DNA of 64,000 nucleotides from Nitrosopumilus sp. (GCA_965223425.1 OZ245003.1:1728001-1792000); one strand, 5' to 3'. Positions 44,956-56,184 are shown, numbered from the stretch's first letter. Notes: generated from the sequence alone by a model not told the origin. Program-made: numbers and translations.

Positions 44956-46073
44956 TACTGGTTGGAAGTACTCGCCTCTGGTGCAGCTTCTTCACCAGAA
45001 CTTTCAGATTCCGTTTCTTGTTGCAGTTTTGCTGCAAGAATACTACATTGTGCTGCAATATTTTTTGCACTTGCTCTAAATGCATTAGCACTTGGGGAAT
45101 CAGGAGTTGTAATCATAATTGGTTTGCCTAAATCAGAACCAGACATAATTCCGGAATTTAACGGAATCTCACCTAAGAAAGGCATCTTGAAATCTTCACT
45201 AATTTTCTTTGCACCTCCATTACCAAATATGTAGTGTTTCTCATCACAGTTTGGACAGATAAAGTGACTCATGTTTTCAACAACTCCAATAATTGGGACA
45301 TTTAATTTTTCAAACATTCCAATTGCTTTGACTGCGACATTGCTTGCAACATCTTGCGGAGTTGTGACAACTAGAATGCCAGTAATTGGAATTGTTTGTG
45401 CCAACGTCAATGGGATATCACCGGTGCCAGGAGGAAGATCTACAATAAGATAATCCAAGTCAGACCAGTTAGTATCAACTAAAAATTGTTTTAAGATTCC
45501 AGAAATAATCGGACCGCGATAGATTGCCGCCTGGTGCGATTGTTCTGCAAAGAAACCAAACGATACAACCTGTAGTCCATTTGATTCTGCCGGTTGAAGT
45601 TTGTTATCTTCTACTTCCATGTATCCATCTTTCATTCCAAGCATCAGTGGAATGCTAGGACCATAGATATCAGCATCTAACAGCCCAACTTTGGCTCCTG
45701 TTTGTTGTAATGCCAAAGCTAAATTCAGTGAAACAGTTGATTTTCCCACTCCACCTTTTCCACTTGCAACGCCAATAATGTTTTTGACAGTTGCCATTCC
45801 AGTATCGGCATCAAGTGAGCGGCCTTCCATTACTTTTGCAGTTACATTCATATCAAAATTTTTTAAATCAGAGATTTCGCCAATAACTTTTCTGACATCA
45901 TCTTCAATTTCGACATTGAAAGGACATGCGGGGGTTGTTAATTCCAAAGTAAATTTCAGATTACCATCATTTAGTTCAAGGTCTTTTATCATGCCCATTG
46001 ATACTATGTCTTTTTTCAAATCAGGATCAATTACTGTACTGAGTTTTTCAAGAACTTGATCTATTCCAACCAT
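44955..46073 (-). CDS. Mrp/NBP35 Fe-S cluster carrier ATPase
   Basis: TTPACP, GKGGVGKS, DLPPGTGD and ENMS..CPNC motifs. Confidence 0.95.
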   Translation of the reverse strand: MVGIDQVLEKLSTVIDPDLKKDIVSMGMIKDLELNDGNLKFTLELTTPACPFNVEIEDDVRKVIGEISDLKNFDMNVTAKVMEGRSLDADTGMATVKNIIGVASGKGGVGKSTVSLNLALALQQTGAKVGLLDADIYGPSIPLMLGMKDGYMEVEDNKLQPAESNGLQVVSFGFFAEQSHQAAIYRGPIISGILKQFLVDTNWSDLDYLIVDLPPGTGDIPLTLAQTIPITGILVVTTPQDVASNVAVKAIGMFEKLNVPIIGVVENMSHFICPNCDEKHYIFGNGGAKKISEDFKMPFLGEIPLNSGIMSGSDLGKPIMITTPDSPSANAFRASAKNIAAQCSILAAKLQQETESESSGEEAAPEASTSNQ

Positions 46074-46306
46074 TGCGTCAAAAAGTCAGTTTACATTATT
46101 TAAACTAAGGATCTATTGTAGGAATACCCCCTGTTGGTTTTTGGTGTTTTTTTGGAAAAAATTATTAAAAATCAATACAAATTTTGATAATTTTTTTGAT
46201 CATAATTCACAAAAATCAAACAAGCTGAAAAAAACTTGAAGAAACTAAAATAGAAAAAAGGCAGGTAGTCAAACACTATCTACTGCATGTGGGTTAGATC
46301 TTAAAC

Positions 46307-47608
46307 CAGTAGTTGGGATTGTACCGTTCCAAAACAGCCCACAAATCACCCGGTAGGCGGTGGCCACCTGGCATACACATATTCTGCAAACACGCGGATC
46401 ATCCTGTTTAAAACACCGGCAAGTGTCACATGATATCTTTGTCTGCCCGCCGTGCGACGCAGGCCTATCCAGATGTTGTTTAGCACCAGTGACAAGACAA
46501 ACAAAAGCATCCGTACGGAGGGGTTCCTGCTGGCAGTGCGCGCGCGTACGCTCTTTGCAGACCTGTACCCCGTTTCAATTCCCCACCGTTTTTTGTACTG
46601 CTCTGGGATGTACTTGACAACGTCCCTTTCATTCTCGCATGGCAGCGACGTTGCAAATGCGCGATACCTGTCAAACATGGTGCCGTCTTTTTTCCTGGCG
46701 TCATCCCTGATCAGAACCAGGTTGAACGTGAACTTTTCGGAGCCTGATTTTATGGTGTACCTAGAGACATCGCCGCGCATTCCTTGGGCGTGCTGTACAA
46801 TGGCGCGCTTGATGCCGGCATTCTTTTTTGCCGGCATGATAAAATGCCTGTGAAGCGATCTGACAGTCTGCATCACGTCTGTTGCGTAAAACTCCCTGTC
46901 AAGAAGGTAAAGATTGATTCCAAGGTGCAGCTTGGAGCACTTTTTGATGGTTTTACGCACGAATTCGCCGTTGGATGTACCCCGGGTGACCGGACTGAAG
47001 CACAGGTTGGCCTCCTTGCCGCCCTGCACTATCTTGGATGTCATGTATGACTCACCTGTACGTTCCTGACTCGTATTTTGACTGTATGAGGTGTTTGAGG
47101 TCGGGGTTTTTGTCATGGTGCGGAATCTTGTGCTTGTCTATTGCAGCTACCGTTGTTTCGTTGCTGATGCGTCGCCTCATGCTGCGGCATGCCGTGTTGA
47201 CCGTATCATGCATCATCTGGTCGCAGAAGCGGTTCATCTTGCCCTGCTTTATGATGCGCAGCTTTTTGAGCAGCCAGCTGCCCGACGGCATGCGGATGCC
47301 GGGAGAGCCGAGATCGCGTGCGCCGTTGGCGTATCCGTTGTAGCTGGCCATGACCAGAAGCATGTGCGCTGCATCCCTGAGGCTGTACAGCGTGTTGTGT
47401 CTTGTGCCAAAGGCAAGGTTCAGGTGTTGCAGTGCGGACTGGAAGATTTTAAATCCCCTGATGTCTTGGTTCTGTTGGTGTGTTTGCCCATCTTTTTCGT
47501 ACATGTTAAGGTGGGTGAGCATGCCTTGTATTTGGATCTGGTTGATCGTGTTTTGTTCTCAAAATGATCAGTTTGGCCTATATCCAAAATGTACAATCCC
47601 AACTACTG
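46307..47608 (-). mobile_element. Second ISH3-family element (frameshifted transposase, 5-bp TSD)
   Basis: Perfect 18-bp TIR CAGTAGTTGGGATTGTAC; TSD TAAAC on both sides; AAID, LLDREFY and YKKRWGIETGY; frameshift near 47060. Confidence 0.93.
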
Positions 47609-48081
47609 TAAACGATGGCAGGGTGTACATTCTTTGGATTATGCCTGATCAATCTTTCAAGTGCCTGAGAAGCCGCGTATTTGTTTGTATCAATATAAAT
47701 GCCCGCATGGGAATGGTTTTTGGGTTTTGGTCTATGTTTGATTTGTGGCATATGCGTCACCTCACTTACAGCGGTCTTGATATCTCCGACACCAAGAACT
47801 GCAAACATACCTCTCTTTCTAATCTCATAGCCAGTACCGGGAAATAATTCCCGAAGCTGATCTACAGCTTCAGACACATTTGACTGGACAAGAAATTCTA
47901 ACCAATTGACCGATAGAAATTCTTCTCCCTTGCGAAATCTAAATGCTGTAATTGTAGGCATATTATATTCATTAATGGTTCCAGGACTACAATATCGTGC
48001 CACGTTGTCTTTGTCGGGAATGTCTTTGTCGGGAATGTCTTTGTCGGGAATGTCTTTGTCGGGAATGTCTTTGCCGATCAC
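47609..48081 (-). CDS. Hypothetical protein, possible ART-like toxin; N-terminal (DIPDK)x4; IS inserted at its stop codon
   Basis: VARY...AF.FR..E.FLSVNW...HSHAGI pattern; 15-bp repeat at about 48006-48073. Removing the IS restores ...ATC GTT TAA. Confidence 0.65.
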
Positions 48082-48740
48082 TTGAGCATCAGCACATCCA
48101 TAAACGGTTTAACAATTCGCATTACTTCATTCATATCTTGGACACCGTTGGTAAATTTTGGGGATGCGTCTGATGATTGAATCAGAATCGAAAACATGAT
48201 GTCACCAGAGGACAGAAATTCCACGGATAGATCCCCATATTCCTCTATGAACCATTCTGCATTTATGAATCCATCAGGACTGACGGTGATTTGTGGGCGG
48301 GGCAGTTTAGGATTGTCCATAACAAAGTGGGCAAAGTTACTCAAAGACTCAAGGTCAATGGATTTTTCATACTGTGAATCTATTGGAAGTTTACGCAGAT
48401 AGTCCAGACGCTCAGCGATTAAATTCAAGCCACAATCTCGAATTTTGGTAATGACGTCATGCTCCGACATGATGAGATGCAGTATATCCATGCGCCACGT
48501 TTCCGGTAACAATTGCCAAAATGCATGTTCTTCCCGATGTATTGTTGATGGTGGAATATTGAGTGCCATATTCATGTCGGCATCATCTTTCGCCAGCGTG
48601 TTTGCTACTTGATCATTGGGTATCCTCCACATGAATTTACTTTCTCTCATGTCTTCTGAAATTTGATATACATTACCAGAAACTCCCTGTATCAATTGCT
48701 TATTTGATTGGGCATGTGGGGTCATTCCAATTCGATCCAT
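48078..48740 (-). CDS. Hypothetical protein coupled to the downstream gene
   Basis: 220 aa, 4-nt overlap with the next gene; PQITVSPDGFINAEW. Confidence 0.7.
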   Translation of the reverse strand: MDRIGMTPHAQSNKQLIQGVSGNVYQISEDMRESKFMWRIPNDQVANTLAKDDADMNMALNIPPSTIHREEHAFWQLLPETWRMDILHLIMSEHDVITKIRDCGLNLIAERLDYLRKLPIDSQYEKSIDLESLSNFAHFVMDNPKLPRPQITVSPDGFINAEWFIEEYGDLSVEFLSSGDIMFSILIQSSDASPKFTNGVQDMNEVMRIVKPFMDVLMLK

Positions 48741-48818
48741 ACACTGTTTACAACATCCAGTAATTATGTGATCTAATCGGAGATTGATTAGCCAGAATCA
48801 CACAGTTAAGGCCAATGA

Positions 48819-49259
48819 TCATGGTAAGGTACTTTTCATTAGAAGGGATATGCGATGGCCTACAAGATCTCTGATTTCAAGGATCCTTGCATAGCTGTTA
48901 AGTATAGAAATGTCTGATGGTTTTTTAGGCAGATATATAGTCAATGAAAAACCAAAAAATTTTTCTTTAGGGTTTGTAATTATACGATGTCTGATATTCC
49001 TGCTAGTTAGCAGATTTCTCAGTTCGTATTCTATACTACTTTGATATTTCTCATCCATATTCAAAAATTCCTCTACAATACTGTCACTGAATTTGTTTGT
49101 GTACTGCACTTCTATAATCTGGGTATTCTTGCGTATTAGAAAGATAACATTAGTCTTTTTAACGGCTGCCGCAAATTCGTATCCTGGTGGAGGAGTATTA
49201 AGAACCATACCTTCAAGTTCCGATTGCTTAAGCCAATCGGGCATACTAGCTTCGGTCAA
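48819..49259 (-). CDS. Hypothetical protein (DUF2299-like)
   Basis: 146-aa AT-rich ORF; family resemblance is weak. Confidence 0.6.
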   Translation of the reverse strand: MTEASMPDWLKQSELEGMVLNTPPPGYEFAAAVKKTNVIFLIRKNTQIIEVQYTNKFSDSIVEEFLNMDEKYQSSIEYELRNLLTSRNIRHRIITNPKEKFFGFSLTIYLPKKPSDISILNSYARILEIRDLVGHRISLLMKSTLP

Positions 49260-49311
49260 TTGCTAATCATGCGATATGTACACTATTAAGACTTTGGGCA
49301 TATTTCAGTTA

Positions 49312-50397
49312 TAGCGAAAAGATAAAGTTCGTGAACTAAATTATTCCAAAACAAAAGACTTTTTGATCATATTGTATGGTAAAACTCAATGAACAAACCA
49401 GAAGCACTTGACGCAGCATACAAAAAAGAAAATTCCAAGGCTACAGTAAGAATGCTTGCAGTGTTGATGATTCTAAAGGATGGGAAGGACATACAATACA
49501 CTGCAAAAACATTGCACCACTGCAAAAACCTGGTGAGAAGATGGGTGAGTCGTTTTGAGGAACACGGTCTTGATGGCCTCTACGACCTTCCAAGAGGCGG
49601 CAGACCAAAAACAATCTCAAAGAAAAGAATGGATTGTATCATGTCAAAAGCAATGCTAACTTTGTTCACTCCTGTAATGTTGCAGCAAAGTATCTTTTAT
49701 TCCACAGGAATAAAATTTCACATAGCCCACATCAGAAAAATAATGCATCAGTATGGCATGTCTGCAAAAACTGCACAAGGATACCACATCAATCATGCAA
49801 GTGTATCTGCTGTGAAAAGTTGGCAGCAACGCATCAAAAAGAGAGTTTCACTCCTAAAAGAAGACGGATTTGTCATTGGAGTGGAAGATGAGGCATTTTT
49901 TGTACGGGAACCCAAGACAGGAAAAAAATACTGGTCATTAATTGCCAAGAGAATATTTCTTCCACATGTGGGAGGACATCAAAATCTGGCAGTATATGGA
50001 ACAGTTACAGAAAATGGCAGTCAACTGTTTAGAGTTTATGATAAATTGATGCTGTAACATTTGTAGAGTATCTAAGAGTTACATTGGAAATATGGCAAGA
50101 TTGCAATCATGCTGGACAGAACATCAGTTCACAAATCAAAGAAAGTTAAGGGATATCTTACAGATAACAGTGATGTCAAACTAATCTGGTTGCCAAAGGG
50201 ATCGTCTTATCCAAACATGATAGAGCAGTGCTGGAAGACAAGCAAGTATGCATTGTTAGTATCAGAATATTATACAATGTTTGCAATAATGAACAAAGCA
50301 GTCTCTGAATATTTTAGAGTGACAAAGTTCAAGCTTGATGTTGCAAATCATATTTTTAGAAATCCTGCAAATGTTCACGAACTTTTGATCGTCGCTA
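49312..50397 (+). mobile_element. IS630-family element (pseudogenised transposase, TA TSD)
   Basis: IR TAGCGA...AAAGTTCGTGAAC / GTTCACGAACTTT...TCGCTA flanked by TA; DLPRGGRP, EDEA, LDRTSVH and NMIEQCW; frameshifts near 50050-50085. Confidence 0.9.
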
Positions 50398-50415
50398 TAA
50401 AACAGCTCCGACGTG

Positions 50416-50688
50416 CTACTTTTTGCGTCTTGCCTTTCTGTATTTTTTGACCTCGCCTACAATCTCCTTGTCTGAGACTTTCAGCTTCTTTGAGGCCATC
50501 TTCTTGAATATGCTATCCCACTTCTTCTTCACATCAGGAACACGAAGCGTTTTCATCACTATGATGTCCCCTTTGCGCATCACGACAAATCTTGTCTTTG
50601 TCTTCAGCCCCATCTCCTTTCTGAAGAGTTGAGGTATCACTACCTGGCCTTTCTCGCTCATGGTTGTTATTTCAAGTTCTTGTGACAT
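50416..50688 (-). CDS. AbrB/MazE/SpoVT-family DNA-binding protein (antitoxin-like)
   Basis: MSEKGQVVIPQLFRKEMGL. Confidence 0.9.
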   Translation of the reverse strand: MSQELEITTMSEKGQVVIPQLFRKEMGLKTKTRFVVMRKGDIIVMKTLRVPDVKKKWDSIFKKMASKKLKVSDKEIVGEVKKYRKARRKK

Positions 50689-50892
50689 CTTTCTTACCTG
50701 TAGTAATATTTTACTTTCTTACCTTATATAGTTCAGTATGATGTCAGTTAAGCGAAATGAACACAACAGCACTGGGGGAACTTTGCAATGCCCAGAATAT
50801 CATTGGAAGGTGCTGATGGTTTTAACAACTGGTAGCCCCTAGCGACAACCTGTTCCTTGCCAAAAAGATTGTCGGTGGTTTTAATCAAAAAA

Positions 50893-52047
50893 TTAAAAGA
50901 AATCAGACAAAGTTTTCTGCCTCATTAATTTTGAGATATTTCCATGGGAGAGCCATTCAGATTTACTTACGCTCATCTTACTTGATGCCAGAATTAGTGC
51001 GTCTTCAAAATTCTCAGTTATTGCGGGATTTTGCTTCATAGCCTCACGAATTCCTTCACGAACCTGCCATACGCCTACAGGAATGGAATACTCGGGCCGA
51101 ATTTCTCTAAGAATCACAACTCCTGCTTGAATTTTTTGTTTTGATAGATACTCAGTAACTCCCAACCTAGCTGCAAAATAAGCACCAGCTATTGCAGGAG
51201 GGTGATTAATGCCACGCGCATCTTCAAAATCAGATCCAAATCCAAGTATTCCATTAGAATACCAAGATTCAATCATCTCATATATCCATCTATGTGGGAA
51301 TAAAATAACAGAGAAAGCATTTCCTAAATGCTCATATGAAAAGACTTGACATGAGTCAATCAAATCATAATCTAAAATTTCATCTGTAAGAGACTTGGAA
51401 ACAATGTCATCAGTGGCAGCAATACTCCAACGTGTTGGAACTAATTTTCTTTTTTGTCCCAGCATTCCAATACTGAAACATTTTTGAATTTTGGAAATTT
51501 CAATTCCGGAATTATACAAGTTTAAAACCGCGTCTTGAGCTTTTAGATCCTTATCGTAGAATGCTTTTTCAATTGATTTTACAGAATGTGTATCAGAAAA
51601 TTTTGCAGATTTAACCTGACCAATTGGGCCAAAAGGGGCACTCTCCCCATCAAGAGATATGGAAGAAGGGGCTTTTTCAAATATCAAATCAGAGTCAGTA
51701 GGTTTTGAAGACATTGTGACTTCCTGAAGATTTTCAATATAGCGCCCATCGGTTTGAGAAATAGGAATTTTTTGTATGCCGCGAACTAAATTCAATCTAA
51801 AATTTACAATTTCCTCAAGCGACCTTCCTTTCCATTTTTCAGGATTGTCAAGAAGACTGGTGTCGCCATGAATTGGCGGAACCATTGGGCCAACAAAGAC
51901 TTTAGGATAATTGTAAGATCCTACAAAAACAGATGGGGGACTGGTGCCACTTATTGAATCAGAAGAAAATAGATTTCCATATTTTGATAAAGACTCGTGC
52001 CATTTTGCCAAAATTGAACGTCGGATGTCTTGAGAGTCAGATGACAT
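50893..52047 (-). CDS. nreA: Archaeal DNA repair protein Nre
   Basis: SPPSVFVG.YNYPKV, LVPTRWSI, PVGVWQVRE and C-terminal PIP box QKTLSDFF. Confidence 0.9.
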   Translation of the reverse strand: MSSDSQDIRRSILAKWHESLSKYGNLFSSDSISGTSPPSVFVGSYNYPKVFVGPMVPPIHGDTSLLDNPEKWKGRSLEEIVNFRLNLVRGIQKIPISQTDGRYIENLQEVTMSSKPTDSDLIFEKAPSSISLDGESAPFGPIGQVKSAKFSDTHSVKSIEKAFYDKDLKAQDAVLNLYNSGIEISKIQKCFSIGMLGQKRKLVPTRWSIAATDDIVSKSLTDEILDYDLIDSCQVFSYEHLGNAFSVILFPHRWIYEMIESWYSNGILGFGSDFEDARGINHPPAIAGAYFAARLGVTEYLSKQKIQAGVVILREIRPEYSIPVGVWQVREGIREAMKQNPAITENFEDALILASSKMSVSKSEWLSHGNISKLMRQKTLSDFF

Positions 52048-52145
52048 AATTTTTGTGCCTAAATTATGCCTATTAACTTGCCTAATCAAAGATTTTGATG
52101 GTTAGTCAACGTAGGGTGTTTAAAGATCAAAAACTAACAAATCAC

Positions 52146-53072
52146 ATGTCAATTAAAAAAATTGTTTCGTTTTTGCCCAGTGCAACTGAATTACTATATG
52201 AATTTGGGGTACAGGACAAACTTTATGGGGTAACACATGAGTGCAAATACCCGCTAGATGCAACATCAAAACCCCAAGTCATTAGTTCTGTGATGGATTC
52301 AGAGAAAATGACTAGTAAGGAAATCGATACGATGACTTGTCAATTATTAAATGATGGAAAAGATATTTTTGTTTTAAATGAAAAAAATCTAAAAGACGCA
52401 GAGCCGGACTTGATTATTTCACAAGAGACTTGTAAAGTATGTGCAGCATACACCAATCAAGTAAGCAAGGCAATAAAGATTCTCCAAAGAAAACCAGTAC
52501 TGCATTCTATGAATCCACATAACTTACAAGAAATCATAAACTCAGTTATAGAATTAGGGAAGATTTTAGAAAAAGAATCAAGAGCAAAAGAAATCACTGA
52601 TGGACTGGAGGAAAGGATTCAGAATATCAAGAAAGTCCAAAACGTACGGAAACCAAAAGTTCTTGCAATAGAATGGATTGAGCCATTCTTTACTGCAGGA
52701 CACTGGATTCCTGAAATGGTGCAAATTGCGGGAGGGACTAACTTGACAAGTAAAATCGGCGAGCATTCAAGGCGGTTAGACATTCAAGAAATTATCGAAT
52801 CAGAACCTGACATAATTATTATGATGCCATGTGGTTTTGATACAAAACGAACAATTTTAGAATATAACAAATCACTAAAAGAAAATACAAAATGGAATTC
52901 TCTAAAAGCTGTAAAAAATAATCAGGTTTTTGCAGTGGATGCAAATTCATTTTTCAGCAAACCTAGCATTAGAACCATAGGGGGATTGGAGATACTAGCC
53001 AAAATCATCAATCCAGAGAAATTCAGAGATATTGAGGTCTCCAGACTGTCTTATTCCAATATTGCAGTCTAG
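52146..53072 (+). CDS. Cobalamin/Fe-siderophore ABC substrate-binding protein (BtuF-like)
   Basis: IVSFLPSATE, GVTHEC, AGHWIPEMV and MPCGF motifs. Confidence 0.9.
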   Translation: MSIKKIVSFLPSATELLYEFGVQDKLYGVTHECKYPLDATSKPQVISSVMDSEKMTSKEIDTMTCQLLNDGKDIFVLNEKNLKDAEPDLIISQETCKVCAAYTNQVSKAIKILQRKPVLHSMNPHNLQEIINSVIELGKILEKESRAKEITDGLEERIQNIKKVQNVRKPKVLAIEWIEPFFTAGHWIPEMVQIAGGTNLTSKIGEHSRRLDIQEIIESEPDIIIMMPCGFDTKRTILEYNKSLKENTKWNSLKAVKNNQVFAVDANSFFSKPSIRTIGGLEILAKIINPEKFRDIEVSRLSYSNIAV

Positions 53073-53135
53073 GCACAAAAAACGACTGTCATAAGAGATA
53101 ACACACAACTGGCTATATCCATTTTTGGAAATAAC

Positions 53136-54425
53136 GGTTCTGTCAAGTTATGGGCACCTGAAAATTTTCAATTCACGGATAGGCATATACATAAATGCTC
53201 CAAAATCATATAATATTTGTTGAAGGCAACAAAGTCAATAGCACAAAAATATACGCCAAACTCTGACCTAATGGACATGATGGCCACATTCACAAAGATG
53301 GTCAATCATTGCATCAAGATAGGGTTAAAAGAAGACACTCACAATATGAAGAGGCTGTCCATGTTATGTTATCACGAATTACGTAACTATGACATTTTAT
53401 CGTCATACAAACTAAATGCAATATCAAGGGTTGCTGGCATATTATCAAACAGAAAACAGTCAATAAAACGTGGCATCATGGTTAGATACCCAAAGATAAC
53501 AAAGTCGTTTATCACTAATTGTTATGGTATAAAACACAATGGTGCACTACTCACAATCCCATACAAGAGTAGAAATCCAATCAACGTCTTGTTAAACCCA
53601 CATACCCAAAAAATCCTGTCTGATCCCGCCTTGACAGTACGCTCGTTTTCATTGACTGCCTTCAACATCAGTCTTTGTGTTTCAAAAAAAGTACAAGAGA
53701 TAGAGTGCACCAAGAAAGTTGGAATAGACAGAAACCTAAGAAATGTGACGTGTGGGAACGAGGAACAAGTAACATTTTACAAGACAAACAAGCTGTTATC
53801 CATAAAGGAGAACACAGTACACGCCAGGGCAGGCTTCCGCAGAAATGATCGCAGAAAAAAAGGCCGATTCTGGAAGATAAAACAGCGAAGAATGGCCAAT
53901 AGAACAAAACAATACATACACAGAATCTCAAAGGATATAGTGGACAACGCAGTCAAAAACAAGACTGTAATCGTCATGGAAAACCTGAAAGGAATAAGAA
54001 AATTGTACCGAAAAGGAAACAGTCAAGGTAACAAGTATAGGCGCAGATTAAACGGGTGGCAATTCTACGAGCTGCAACGCCAAATAGAATACAAAGCCCA
54101 ATGGGTCGGGCTCCCACCAGTCGAATATGTAGACCCAAGAAACACGAGCAAGATGTGTCCAAGATGCGGAAAGAAACTCCAAGAGGACATGCAACACAGT
54201 CGTAAAATGTCGTGTAATAATTGCGGATTGTTTATGGACAGGGATATTATCGCTGCCATGAACATATCACGCAAACTGTCCCCTAGGTTTAGGGATAGTA
54301 GAGATGACATAGGTAAAGCGCAGTCCGGTGTTTTTGAACCGGCGATGATGGAACCCTGCATACCGGTAATCCAGATAGTCGATATGTCAAAGTCGAGTGA
54401 TAGGTGCCTATAACTTGACAGAACC
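53136..54425 (+). mobile_element. Non-autonomous TIR element carrying only tnpB (IS6-like ends, 8-bp TSD)
   Basis: TIRs 53136-53159 and 54402-54425 match at 23/24; GAAATAAC at both 53128-53135 and 54426-54433. Confidence 0.92.
53217..54413 (+). CDS. tnpB: RNA-guided endonuclease TnpB (Cas12f-like)
   Basis: RuvC I VGIDRN, RuvC II VMENL, YKAQW, NTSKMCPRCG/CNNCG Zn finger, RuvC III DRDIIAAMNI. Stop codon lies inside the right TIR. Confidence 0.93.
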   Translation: MLKATKSIAQKYTPNSDLMDMMATFTKMVNHCIKIGLKEDTHNMKRLSMLCYHELRNYDILSSYKLNAISRVAGILSNRKQSIKRGIMVRYPKITKSFITNCYGIKHNGALLTIPYKSRNPINVLLNPHTQKILSDPALTVRSFSLTAFNISLCVSKKVQEIECTKKVGIDRNLRNVTCGNEEQVTFYKTNKLLSIKENTVHARAGFRRNDRRKKGRFWKIKQRRMANRTKQYIHRISKDIVDNAVKNKTVIVMENLKGIRKLYRKGNSQGNKYRRRLNGWQFYELQRQIEYKAQWVGLPPVEYVDPRNTSKMCPRCGKKLQEDMQHSRKMSCNNCGLFMDRDIIAAMNISRKLSPRFRDSRDDIGKAQSGVFEPAMMEPCIPVIQIVDMSKSSDRCL

Positions 54426-54568
54426 GAAATAACTAGCACGACGGCGCTAGTTAGTTAGTTATTAGTACAAGACACGACATGCCAATGGACTCAGAAACGT
54501 ATGATTTGCTACAAATGACAGTGATGTTTTAATGAGATTAAAGAAAAGTTCAACAAATTGAAAATTAG

Positions 54569-55780
54569 TTATTTTTTTGAAGCGCTAATTAATGAAACAA
54601 CATCTCTGTCTCTTAGTTGATAGTCAACTGGCAGTCTCAAATTGTATCTCAAATCTTTTCCATAAAGAAGGCCTTTAGTTAAATCAGAGTGAATTTCTTT
54701 TGCAAGATCATTGATTGTTGCTCCGTTTTTTAACAGGATCAGGTCAGGAAGTATCCGTCCCTTTTTGTCAGCAAGGTTTTTCTCGTCTGCAACAGGGTAT
54801 ATCGAATTCATTTTAAGCAGTTTGAAAACTGCAACGTTAATTGCAAATTGGACGCCTGTCCTCATGTATTCACCCATAATTCCTTTTTTGATAAAATTTA
54901 ATGCGTTAACTTGTTTCTCGTTTAATTCATCAGACTTGATTATTTCAAATTGTTCAGAACCAGGCGAATATTTTATGAGTCCTTTTTGTTCTGCACGTCT
55001 AAGACTAAATTCACTATCACCGCTAACCGGAATCACTATAGAGTCATTATAACGCTCTCTTAATTTAGAAAAATTTTTGTCGGCACCTTCAACATCAATT
55101 TTGTTAGCTACAATCAAAGTAGGTTTTGAAATTTGTCTCAGATATGATGCAAATTTCTTGCTATCAACAATATCAAAATCATCAAAATCTTTTTCCTCAA
55201 GTCCAGTTGCCAACAATGTATCTTTAACATGAGTTTTGTTAACACCAATACCACGGTAAAGATCAGTGATTGCATCCAAAATATCAGAGCCGGTTCTGAT
55301 CAGTTTGGATACTTTGTCTCTGTTTCCTTCTAAAATTTTATGATACCACATGATCAGTTCTTCTTCTATATCTGCAAAATCAGAGATAGGATCACCGGTT
55401 CCGACTTCGGTGATTTTTCCTGTTGAACCAATTCCGCCGGATGCATCAACAACGTGAAGTAACGCATCAGATTGTGCTGCAATAGATAGAAATTGATTTC
55501 CCAACCCTTTACCTTTCCATGCATCTTTGATGAGTCCTGGCAAGTCAATTAGTTCAATTGGAATGTATCTCCACCCTTCAACACATTTTGAATTATTTGG
55601 GTTATCTTGTACTTTGAATTCCGGGTGAACGCACAGGGATACAGCATGTGCCACGCCAGATACTGGCTTTTTAGTGGTGAACGGATAAGATGAAATTTCT
55701 TCGGAGGATAACGTGGCAGAGTTGAAGAAAGTTGTTTTTCCAGTATTGGTTTTACCAATTAGACCAAGCTTGATTGGCAT
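54569..55780 (-). CDS. ychF: Obg-family ATPase YchF
   Basis: GKTNTGKT, YPFTT, DLPGL, NKID and a C-terminal TGS domain. Confidence 0.92.
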   Translation of the reverse strand: MPIKLGLIGKTNTGKTTFFNSATLSSEEISSYPFTTKKPVSGVAHAVSLCVHPEFKVQDNPNNSKCVEGWRYIPIELIDLPGLIKDAWKGKGLGNQFLSIAAQSDALLHVVDASGGIGSTGKITEVGTGDPISDFADIEEELIMWYHKILEGNRDKVSKLIRTGSDILDAITDLYRGIGVNKTHVKDTLLATGLEEKDFDDFDIVDSKKFASYLRQISKPTLIVANKIDVEGADKNFSKLRERYNDSIVIPVSGDSEFSLRRAEQKGLIKYSPGSEQFEIIKSDELNEKQVNALNFIKKGIMGEYMRTGVQFAINVAVFKLLKMNSIYPVADEKNLADKKGRILPDLILLKNGATINDLAKEIHSDLTKGLLYGKDLRYNLRLPVDYQLRDRDVVSLISASKK

Positions 55781-55814
55781 ACAATAATTGCCAGATTAGA
55801 ATATTTATCTCTGC

Positions 55815-56184
55815 CTAGTAATTATTTGAAGAGTTTTTGATTTTGATTTTTTCAAGAGATTGATTGAGTTCTTTGATGGCCCACTCAATATCAGACACGT
55901 CATCGGCAGACAGTGAATCTTCCCATTTTTCTAAAACACCACTGGCAATTTCTGAACAGTTGTACAACAAGTTCCAATAGGGATGGTGTTCAGCTGTCGT
56001 ATATGCAAGTTCAGTCAAATCACCAAGACCATTTTTTGCTCTTGCCAATGATGAGATTTTTTCACCAAATATTTTGATAATGTCATTTTCAAGATCTTGC
56101 TCAATTTTTAGAGGAGTGTTTTGTTGCTCATATTTTTTTGCCAAATCAAGAAGGTCGTGATAAAAATTTTCAAAATTCGCCATG
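55815..56184 (-). CDS. Hypothetical protein
   Basis: Likely start MANFENFY, directly after the CoA-binding gene; AEHHPYW motif. Confidence 0.75.
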
